The notes beneath the pieces were generated by a model. It made no database searches. It worked only from the letters and a program-made list of their open reading frames with translations, and was not told the DNA's origin. Made by a program: the position numbers and the translations under genes. 64,000 nucleotides of DNA from Tubulanus polymorphus. Lineage: Eukaryota; Animalia; Nemertea. Below, piece by piece: positions 53,423 to 64,000 of the stretch. The stretch's first letter is position 1. Every line of letters begins with the position of its first letter. The stretch spans positions 30,476,150-30,540,149 of the forward strand of contig NC_134026.1 of the NCBI RefSeq assembly GCF_964204645.1, given 5' to 3'.

Positions 53423-56400
53423 ACTGCCCTGGATCGAACGATCAAATATCATTTCTTACACTTTTTAAATAGATTCATAAAACTGTATAGAATGATGAAT
53501 GAAGGGCTTATAGTTGACACGAGGCAAACATCGTTAATATAAATCACTTCTTCCACTTTATAAGATTTTCGAGGGCCGTTTTTCCAGTCAATTTTCTAGG
53601 CACATCGAGGGCGGATCCGAGGTCTTTTGACGCATAAAAGGGCTTTTTGATCGTTGAAAAGGTATATTTGAGGGCATATTAATTAGCAATTTGTCTTTGA
53701 AAATTCATTGATGGGTTTGATGCATTTTGCAGATTTCTAGTGCTTATCATCCTACAAATTATGCAAGAGATGTTTATGATATTGTGTGTAATAAGGTAGG
53801 CCTAGAAAAAGAGTTCATCCGGAGAAGGGCGGAACTAGTCACATCCTGTTCTAGGTCTAACTCGGGTGGGCTTTTAATAATTTTCATGAAGAAAAGCAAA
53901 ACTAGTGTTATAAATGTCACCAGACAATTAAAATTCTCTACAGGTTTTCATGCATGCAGTTAGGCGGGTGGGTGGCATTCCAGCGCTAGTTTTGCTGAGA
54001 CATTAAGGGGGCCATTAGGAAGGAAACTGACTGCTATATCGTATTTTTATGAGACAGTGGTGTGCATTGCATATCAGCTTTTACTACGCGCAACTAAACC
54101 GTAGTCTCTTCTAGAAGTATGACAGAGAAATCGGCAGAAAAAATGAAATTTAGTATAAACAGAACCCGTGTTGCTGTATGTAGGGCATACACAGAAGCAG
54201 ATTGTATTCGACCCTGTAACCCTGTTTACAGCTGCTGTTCTTATCTCTTCTTATTCATTCCAACTTGAAGAAAATATTTGATGTTTTTTAAAGAAAAATG
54301 TGGAAAGTGGTACATCTCTCCTCTCATTCTCCTCTCAAGTTTCCTATCTCTCACTTCTCTCTCACTTCTCCCTGCGCGCTCGAGCTGATTTCCAGTTGTG
54401 CACTCTTTACCATTATTAAATCACGTTCTATCAAATTCAAACTCACATTTCTGATTTGTGAAAATCTATTTACCCTCATTCTGTAGAAACCGGTGAAATG
54501 TATTTCCTATGAGATCCTCTGATTGAAAGGTTGCGGGTGTAGTTACAGCGGACTATTGACAAATTGAATTTGTTCATCTTGGATTTTACCGGAGGTCTAT
54601 TACTGGAGTATTAGATGCTATGTTAGGTTTATTAGTGGTTTTTTAAGGTTTTGTTATGATACAGATTTATGCAGTAATTTCCTGCACTCTTGAAAACTAT
54701 AAGAACACCGATGATTATCAGTACAGAGATGATGGGGGTATATTTATTACTGACTCATTTCTAGAATGTGAGGTATTTTGTGGTTTATGTAAAGGATGGC
54801 CAGTATACATGATCAGGCCTTTATACATATATCACACAGTCAGCTCCCTCCTCATTTTTAGCCCTTGCGTGTTTTCTAAGAAGTCCATTAGTTCTAGATC
54901 GATATTTGAAAGATGTCAACTTTTTTCAAGCTTCTAGCTTAATTCTAGCTTCAACTGGTGATCTTATCTTAGGGTAGATAAACTGCAGACCCGACGCCAA
55001 TATTTGACTCATTGTAAATGATATAGATTTTACCCACAGTTAACTCTCACTGCGTAACTGGATCCTGGTTGTAGAATATTTGATTATTTTTATATTGGAA
55101 ATTTTCTTAATACATTTTTCTCTTAGAAAAACTCGAAATGAAACCGCTTGAAAATAGATAGTTTTATGTAATACTTTCAGGTAACACGTGTAAAGATGGA
55201 TATTTTGGGCGACATTGTCAGTTTCGCTGTCAATGCAATGGTCGAGAAGTTTGTCATAAAGTAAGTGGTGCGTGTCATACTGGTTGCCGTGGTCAGAGAT
55301 GGGGAACTCATTGTCTTTTCTGTAAGTATTCAGTTGACTATAAAGATACCTGCACATTAAGAATTGATAGAGTCTGAAATACTTTATTGAGCTAATATTT
55401 TATTTGACTACTTCAAGAATATGTTATATCAAAATTATGAGATGCAATCCAGAATTTAGCGGCTAGGAAACACTTCGCACTCTTTTTATTCTCGGTGTAG
55501 GATTTTATATCATCTTTACAACGCGAACTCAAGAATGTTTTATCAATGGTTATTTATATTCATTCATTCATTCATTCATTTACCTTCACGTTGCTAGTGA
55601 AATACAGTATTTAGGGAAGATCAGAGGATGTGTATTTATAGAATTTGTGACATTGACATTTTTTCACAGATTCAGGGAATTGATTTTTGTAAAAACCCTC
55701 GGGAGGTTTTAACAAACGGATGATGATAATGGGTTTTTCAACCACTAACTAATTCTTGTTGAAACAGTTTAACAGCGTAGAGCAAGGAGAGGGGAGAGGG
55801 GAGAGGGGAGAGGGGAGAGGGGAGAGGGGAGAGGGGAGAGGGAGGGAGTGCTTGTCATGTATACCTGGACATAAACCCATTACTCCTGATTAGCCTAAAC
55901 AAACATTAATGAATCATTTCATGTTATCTGGATGTATCCACACTACGACATACCTGCTGGAGCTACAGATTACAACTGTACCTGCTGGTGTTGTAGCCCG
56001 TACCTGCTGGTGTTGTAGCCCGTACCTGCTGGTGTTGTAGCCCGTACCTGCTGGAGTTGTAGCCCGTACCAGAGTTGTAGCCCGTTCCTGCTGGAGCTGC
56101 AGATTATACATAAAGAACAACAGCCATTGTATGAAGTCACTGAAGTCAACTCTAGTTTTCCGTCTCAATTTGTGTTTCCAGTTCAATTTACTAAATGTTA
56201 GTTGTCATTTGGACAAGTCATTGACATACATCAGCGCCTACGACGACTGATGACTTTACTGCGCTTGAGCAGCAAAAACATACCTGGTATAATAATAATC
56301 GTAAGAGTTTTGATAGAGCTAAGAGCAGAAACACTAAAAGCTTGTAGCAGAGATAACTCTCTATCTCTCTCGACTGCATCAAACAGCAGATTGACTGTGA

Positions 56401-59400
56401 TTATTTTTGGAATGAGGGAATATGAACAGATGTTCTCATTGTCATTGATAGACAAATAGATCGGGCGGCGTTTAATATTTCATGCTTTTCTTACATCATC
56501 GGAATAAACAATCGTTGTATCTTTATTGATCGGTTTATAGTTAGCAATTAGACGCAATGAAGAGAACATCGGATCATCATCGCGATGAAGAGAACATCGG
56601 ATCATCATCGCGATGAAGAGAACATCGGATCATCATCGCGATGAAGAGAACATCGGATCATCATCGCGATGAAGAGAACATCGGATCATCATCGCGATGA
56701 AGAGAACATCGGATCATTATCGCGATGAAGAGAACATCGGATCATTATCGCGATGAAGAGAACATCGGATCATCATCGCGATGAAGAGAACATCGGATCA
56801 TCATCGCGATGAAGAGAACATCGGATCATCATCGCGATGAAGAGAACATCGGATCATCATCGCGATGAAGAGAACATCGGATCATCATCGCGATGAAGAG
56901 AACATCGGATCATCATCGCGATGAAGAGAACATCGGATCATCATCGCGATGAAGAGAACATCGAATCATCATCGCGATGAAGAGAACATCGGATCATCAT
57001 CGCGATGAAGAGAACATCGGATCATCATCGCGATGAAGAGAACATCGAATCATCATCGCGGTGAAGGTGATTTATTTTAATTTTCAATCTACTGATGGCC
57101 ACGACGGAGGGAAGATTACGGTGGTATCCCTGGGAGACCAGTGTCCACTACTGGTTACTAATTCACGTGCTCTGCGTATTAAATCAGAAATGACACACGC
57201 GTCGTTCATCACGTTCATTTAATGGTTAACAGTTAATCGCTAATGACAGGTAGAATTGCTCATCAGGGGAGGTTTGATACAGTCATTGAACCCGGGTTCG
57301 AGGTGAACCCGATTCTCAGTACATGACGCTGCATATAAGGAAAGCGTTATGATATTTGACGGAGGAGAGTCTGACTGAAATAGATTGAAATCCGTACTGA
57401 TTTGATACATGTCGTTGAATACCGAGATGAGATTGAGTTTTATGTCATAAATAAATATGATTTATTTCCTCGTCAGTGATCTCAGCGTTCAGCCGTATAT
57501 AATCATTTCATATCGGCGGAAAATGATGCATTTCACTGCAACTTCACTTACAACGCAACAGGCCAGTTTATATAACTCACTGTGAGAGGGGAGGGAGGAC
57601 TGTTTACAGGACTTTTAAAGATTATCCAAAAGATGGGAGTTATTGTTTTTAACTGATCCCGCTGTCGAGTTTAACTCAACCAGTGAATTTTCATTATATT
57701 TCTAAAGAAGAATTTTCTGTGTGTATTTTGCTTGTTAAAATAACCGATCTAACCACCGGAGTTAACTGCGAGTTGATTCTTATCAATTATATTTCTAAAG
57801 AAGGAACTTTTTTTCTCATTCTTTTCAGCTTCCGAGTGTTATTATAACAGACACAGCCGCGGTACGAGATACATGGGTAAAATCAACACGGGACGTTCGG
57901 GATCTCGGTGTATGCGATGGATAGATACAGGATATAATGATAATTCAGAGTTTCCAGACGGTAGTGCATTCGCCGCTTCAGACTACTGTAGAAATCCTGC
58001 AAACTCCGGCAACACGTTGTGGTGTTATAAGATAAGCGGAGGTTGGGAGTATTGTGATAACGTTAATTATTGCGGTAAGCATGAAATTCAGTGTGAACTG
58101 TGGCAATAGAGGATTCCGCTTGTGGCGAGTGAGGATCCACAAGGTGTCGCTATTCGAACAACGATTCGAGATTCAATTAAAATCCATCTTACAAATTCTA
58201 TGAATGATAAAGAAATTGCTTTGTAAATGAACCCTAACAATCGATGTGAGTTTATCAATAGATATTTAGATTAAACTTCATCGAAAATAAACTAAATTTT
58301 GACCGAGCTATTGATAAATACGCCATCTAGATAGCTGGTCATATAGGGTTCATAATTGGGAATTGTAACGCCAGCTATCCCACCAGATGGCGTGACGAGC
58401 ACATGGTCTTAATTAAGTTCATTATCGATCAACTTTGAACTGAATTCTTCAGAGAAATTCACAGAATCTACCTAGCGATTGGTTAAGTATTTATAGATAA
58501 TTGATTTATTTAAGAAAAAACTACGTTTTTAACTCTAAATATAGAAGAAATTGAATGCAGAAGACTGAGTAACTACTGGCGACACCTGGTGGATCCTCAC
58601 TTGCCATATGCGGAATCCTTGCTTGCCGTAGTAGAATTGGCAATTGCGCGTTATGGAAATCCTTTATAAATACTGAATTATTGATATAACTGAGGAGTCA
58701 GGTTGATAATATTTACTCCAATAATGTCATATTTGACATCAATATTCACCTACATCAAACATTGACTTTCATCTTCAACCTTTCATCATTTTCACATTTC
58801 TCCCGGAGTCTGATTGCTCCGTGTCTCGTCCTTTTGTTCGTCGGCTTCGCGAATATAAAAAAACGTGTTGATATCCCGTTTAAGATGTGTCGAAATATCA
58901 AGTTTCCATGGTGACAAACGTATGAGATAACAAATAAATCAGACATTGTTATTAGTGTCGTCCACGTCAGCTAATCCTCAATTCATCACATCCCCTCCCT
59001 ATTCACTAGCTGGAAATCCTTCCACTCCTCCACCTGCAGTCCAGTGTCTCATATTCCAGTAATAATACATCTGTTTATAAAAACCAACTGTTCACAAATT
59101 TTATAATTTAACGGTGAATTTCATTTACGGTTAGAACATTAAAGCTAACGACAGATATGAAAAAAAATGTATCGAAACCAATTACATTACATCCACAAAA
59201 TGAAAAAAAAACTGGTTATGGTTAAGAAAAGAATTGAAATAATGAAGATTTATTTTCATTGTATTAAAATCAAAAAATGTACATCATCAAATAAAAATTT
59301 CATGAAATAAACAAAAGAAGATGATACTGGAAGGAGTGAGTCTGATCACAAGCCTAAAGACAATCATCAGTTTGACTTGTTACGACTGTGGATTACACGC

Positions 59401-62400
59401 GCGACTGTGGGTTACACGCAACTGTGGATTGACCGTGGGTTACAAGGGGTTTGATAAATAGATTGCTTCAGAAATCCACTTGTAATTGTAAACATTCAAC
59501 TCTCTTATAGAAATCAATTACTACTACTCGGGTTCAGGCTAAATGAAACAGTGATTTGTATCCGGTCTACCAATCATTCTAGATCTCTGTGTATGTATAC
59601 TTGATCTGGCTGTTAAGAAACCTCTCAAAATTCTGACTGCTGCTGCAATCCTCTTATAAGGTATCCCCCCTCTATCTGGTGAATGTCTCAACAGAAAATT
59701 GCTATGATTACCACTGATCTACTGGCGTTGTTACCGCAAATGTTCATTTCCCACAATTTTTTAGGATGTCGCGTCATAAACTAATAAATACAGTGACTTT
59801 CATGAATATTGAGCAGATCACTGTGTCCATACTGAGCGTTAATAACGAGCACAGAGGACACTGTGTCCACATGAAAACAATAGCTTTTCTCTTACATAAA
59901 TAGATAATGAATGAAGGTATTTTCTTGCCAAATAAGTTGAATAAAAGTGACTATTTTTGTAAAAATGAAATTGTCCAGATTATTTTTCTGAGCAAGACCA
60001 ATTGCACGCACAGGGCTGAACCCTAATGTCACCCCTGGAAGACTTGAACCAGGAACCACCCGTGTTCAAGTCCAGTATGGTAACCACTAAACCGCTGAGC
60101 TCTAGTGACCGGCTGACTTTGTAAGTTAGTCTGGTCAGTATTGTGGCGACTGGTCACACTTGGTGACTCCATTCATAAACCTGTCAGCCCCCAGCGTAAT
60201 GTCTTTATTGCAAAAGGAAGTCTTTCTATCAATAAAAGCAAAACATTTCAAACACTGAAATATGTATTTTGGTTTTATTTCACAAATGAAAGAACTTTAT
60301 TTGCTTCTTAATCAAAGTATCAGGGTACATCATACAATAGGGCATATACTGTCCCTAGTCCTATCAACTCTGTCAATCTAATTTTAGACCTGAACTCAGA
60401 GATAATAGTTGCTAAAATGTTCACACATGAAACTCATTTAGATACGTGTCTAATGCTACTGAATAGACATGTTCATTTGTCATAAAAATTGTCTGCAAAA
60501 TATTGATATTTTTGAGAATGTTAAATTCCCTGTTGACCGTTGTAATAATGTTTATTTCCAAGTGCTGTCTACTAATTCGAATTCTACAGGGGTTAGTTAT
60601 GCGGAGGATTATAGCGAGCTTCGATGGACAAGTTCTGTATAAACGATTAGTTTCAGTTACACGCTTCAAACTGGATGTAAATCCCTTAATTACTTTCTCC
60701 ATAATGAGACGTTATCACAGTTTTATGTGTTGCGCAGTTTTGGTCATTAAACAGTGATTTATTATTGCGTAGAATGCTGAATAGTGGCCGCATTTTAATA
60801 GCCTGATTATACATGATTATTGCTTTAAGTCCCGTGATTTAGAATTTACTTAGTATGTACCTAAGCGACTCTCTATAGCCACGCACGTTCATTCGTACAT
60901 CGGAACTTTCTATATTTAGTCTATTCTGATTTTGAACGGACCAAGAGTTCACACTAAGAAAGGTCCATTCTTTATTGGTCTGTTCCATTTTAGAACAAAT
61001 CAATTAAGACCGACCTAAAAGACAGATTCAGGTCCGTTATGAATTTTATAGAATGGACCATTTCTCTGTGCGTGAAAAGAACTCTGCCAATCACTAATGT
61101 TGCGTCTAGCTGGACCAGTGATCTATTTAAAAACATGTATGAACGCATAAGTTAGTCTGTTCTAAGTTCAGGGAGAAATTAGAGCGATAGGGTAAATACG
61201 GCTTAAGACTAGGATTTACATGTGATTATGACCTTCTCGATGGGTAGAATTCTGGGTCCTGATTGGAATCAATAACGGTCTCTTTCTTTCATTGATTGCT
61301 TCATTATTGACTGTGTAACGCAATTACTGTTACTGATACATTCCTGATAATTACAGAGAGCTGCAAGTGTCTTCACGATGTCATTACTGGAAAAGAGAGA
61401 GAGAGAGAGCAACCTGAATGATATCAATCAGTATTATTCCTCGTATTGACAATCATTTCAACAATGATCAGTTTAAAAAGTCGACAAATTGGTTTTACTT
61501 TCTCCACTAATAAGAAGTCTTCACCTAATAGAATATTGATGGTTCCCGCAGTGCTGGGAAGTGGGAAATTTCTAAATGATAGAAAACGTGTTTGGAAATA
61601 TTTGATAAATTTTCCCATAATCCGAGGATATTAGAGCTAATTCCCTTGTTGGCTCAGTTAAATTGGTTCTGGGGCTTGCGACTCAACTCAACTCTATTCT
61701 ACTCAACTCAACTCAACTCAACTCAACTCAACTCAACTCAACTCAACTCAACTCAACTTGCCTCTTGTCATCATTTGTTCCATTTTGTCTCTAACGCGGG
61801 AAATATTTGGGAAATTAATTTTACACTTCACATAGCATAGTTCTGCGATGTCAATTGCTTTCTTTAGCAATTTTCTTATGAAAATCACTTTTACCGCTAA
61901 GATATTGACATTTCTGCGTGGCATGATCTGTTCATTTTGATTTGGGAAAATTGAAGTACTGGGGAAACCTTTGAAATTCAGAATTCGTATAATTGAGGAA
62001 ATGATAAATATTGATAAAACGAAATGATTAATTAATTGATGTATCTATTTGTAGGATGTCCTGATTATTTGTACGGATTGAATTGTGAGAAGGAATGTAA
62101 TTGTCACAATCCTAGCGAAGTATGTTATAAACTATCAGGACGTTGTTTAACTGAAGGTTGTGCTGCTGGATATACAGATGACTGCACCACCGGTGAATAT
62201 ATCTCTAGACATTCTAATCACGGTCCAGTTACTTAGTTTAACATTGGTTCAAATGAGTTGAGAGTTAAAATCAGTTCATTTGACTATTGAATCAAATCTT
62301 TATTAGAACTGAGTCCTGAGTATCTTAGAACTGAGTCCTGGTTTTAACTTGCAACTGTTGGAGTTCTGTGACCCAGTTCTGTGACCCAGTTCTACAGTTG

Positions 62401-63831
62401 AGGATTAAAATGATTTCATTAGCCTCATCAAAGAATGAACTAATTGCGACTAGAGCCAAACTAGGAACTGAGTTCTGGGGTTCAGTTTCACGACAAAGTT
62501 TAATCTGTTAATGGTTAAATTTGAATAATTGTTGTCATCATTGAAAACATGAAGCAACTGATAAAAATTAAACCAAAAATTTTGGCCGTGAAACTGGATG
62601 CTTTTCTTTATTAGCTTCGTCAAATCCTAATTCGAGAAAGATCAATAAAACAGTCGCTTAATTTCATCTGCTGCTGAAGATGAATGAATGATTGATGTAT
62701 AACTACTGTCTCATGAGTCGTCGATACGTTATAATTACATTAATTCACTATATTAATTATTGATTACGTAATACGCAAGTGTATTACGTGTATTACGTGT
62801 AATTACTATAGATATAGATAATTCATAGTAATAATATTCAACACTCAGTTCGTTCTATTGTATAATGGCAGTATACGTGATACTGATATATTTGACCTGT
62901 TTCATGTCTATTAATTATAATGTTGACTTGTTTTATGAATAGATTGCTCTAACGGAAGATTCGGGGTCAACTGTCAATTCTACTGTCACTGTACGAATAA
63001 TGAAATCTGTAACAAAGTCACCGGTGAATGTCATAGTGGTTGCGCTGATGGATGGTCGGGACCTGGATGTCAAATTGGTAATAATTGATTAATGAACTAT
63101 GGAATGTTGCTGTTATTCTGTAATTACGATTAATTCGACGTAGACCCTCAATTAACTCGTTAAGCTCCTAGTGATATAGATCTGATTCTGGTGACTATTG
63201 CCAAGAACTTTACCATCGCTTCTACCCCACATAGAATATCAGATTCAATGTCAGTCCTGACCTGGTTTGCTCTATTGACCATCTTCGAAATAAATTTTGA
63301 AAAAATAAAGGAACCAGTTCAACAGTTGCCTGATTTAAGATTTAACTCTTATGTACTTATTCAACTCTGGAGTCAAATTTAACCTAGATCTGTGGAACTG
63401 GGTCCTGAACTATGAACGTAACTATTTCCTACTCAATCCACAAATCGGCAAAGCTTTTAAACCCTTATAATGCACCAAATATGATTTTCTGGAGCAGGAC
63501 CCCCTACTGTAGTGTTGAGCCTCTAGTGATCGCTTGATTGAGGATGGTCTATTGTCCAGGTATCATTTTGTCTAGTAAAAACTGAGTCGTAAGATGAAAA
63601 TTGAAACATTGCTTTCAGGTAATGTAGCTGTACATAAGATAGCCGAGCAGAGCAGTCAATATGAAGTATATAATACACCTGAGAAAGCAGTAGATGGTGA
63701 AGCTATGTTCTCACATGTTCATAATTGTACTCATACCGGCAAAGATCGTGCGCCCTGGTGGAAAGTCGACTTAGATTCTAAACATGTGATTTATTCGGTG
63801 AAAATCTATAACAGAATTTGTCCTGGTTGTG
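50255..63831 (+). CDS. 5' part of a secreted or cell-surface mosaic protein: signal peptide, EGF/laminin-EGF-like, kringle, 2x EGF-like, F-type lectin (fucolectin/FTP) domain; continues beyond window
   Basis: Exons 50255-50327 (MKMDKSRIVILSWFLVLGAVTAYS), 55181-55321 (CKDGYFGRHCQFRCQCNGREVCHKVSGACHTGC), 57829-58074 (kringle: CYY..RYMGKIN..CMRW..DYCRNP..LWCY..WEYCD..C), 62055-62192, 62943-63077 (MEGF10-type EGF repeats), 63619-63831 (NVAVHKIAEQSS..AVDG..CTHT..PWWKVDL..IYNR). All introns GT-AG, phase 1. Additional unseen exons possible; the signal exon link is less certain. Confidence 0.85.
55786..55848 (+). repeat. (GGGGAGA)n repeat, G-quadruplex-capable
   Basis: About 7 runs of GGGG spaced by AGA. 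Confidence 0.9.
55950..56100. repeat. 22-bp tandem repeat
   Basis: Unit TACCTGCTGGTGTTGTAGCCCG with variants. Confidence 0.85.
56553..57066. repeat. 28-bp minisatellite, ~18 near-identical copies
   Basis: Unit GATGAAGAGAACATCGGATCATCATCGC. Confidence 0.97.
58097..58632. mobile_element. ~535-bp non-autonomous element with ~55-bp imperfect TIRs
   Basis: GGCAATAGAGGATTCCGCTTGTGGCGAGTGAGGATCCACAAGGTGTCGC vs GCGACACCTGGTGGATCCTCACTTGCCATATGCGGAATCCTTGCTTGCC; no clear TSD, superfamily unassigned. Confidence 0.75.
60010..60100 (-). mobile_element. Degenerate tRNA-derived SINE head
   Basis: Minus strand CGGTTTAGTGG (A-box-like, 60084-60094) and GGTTCAAGTCT (B-box-like, 60040-60050) at tRNA-like spacing. 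Confidence 0.45.
61681..61757. repeat. (ACTCA)n microsatellite
   Basis: Pentanucleotide run with one interruption. Confidence 0.92.
63310..63405. mobile_element. MITE of the CAGTTCCACAGTT family
   Basis: CCAGTTCAACAG / CTGTGGAACTGGGTCC inverted ends. Confidence 0.6.
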
Positions 63832-64000
63832 GTAAGTGCTGAAGTCATTTTACAGTCAATCTCTGTTACAGTTGAGATGATCATTATGTTGATGACTAAA
63901 ACATTGCAAATACAAATTGGAAATAAGAAATTTAAGACCCCGAGTAATGTAACGACTTATCTGATGATCTAACCGTCGAATTTCAACTGTAATTCTTCTT

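Noticed and set aside
56553-57066. CRISPR-like appearance (28-bp partly palindromic repeats)
   Set aside because: Units are head-to-tail with no unique spacers, no cas genes, eukaryotic context.

Overview
AT-rich animal genomic DNA (spliceosomal introns, MITEs, minisatellites; gene content suggests a bilaterian invertebrate, possibly a lophotrochozoan, not determinable from sequence alone). It contains a compact cluster: ESS2/DGCR14 (-, 8 exons) head-to-head with POLR2E/RPB5 (+, 8 exons, one U12-type minor intron), followed within ~630 bp by a 17-exon ZSWIM4/5/6 gene (+, ~1123 aa, 11.9-kb intron 4). Further right are a single-pass membrane protein gene with KCNE-like features (-) and the 5' part of a secreted or receptor mosaic gene (signal peptide, EGF, kringle, EGF, EGF, F-type lectin; +, runs off the window). 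Most notable non-coding signals: two Penelope-like retroelement remnants with target-site duplications, minimal hammerhead ribozyme cores and 35-37 nt tails (one a 106-bp-arm palindrome in ZSWIM intron 2); a 27-bp minisatellite giving 14 let-7-complementary sites in ZSWIM intron 4; and a MITE carrying CTCF-like motifs. Exon coordinates were derived by hand from GT-AG boundaries and frame continuity; homology calls are from recalled family sequences, with no database searches run.
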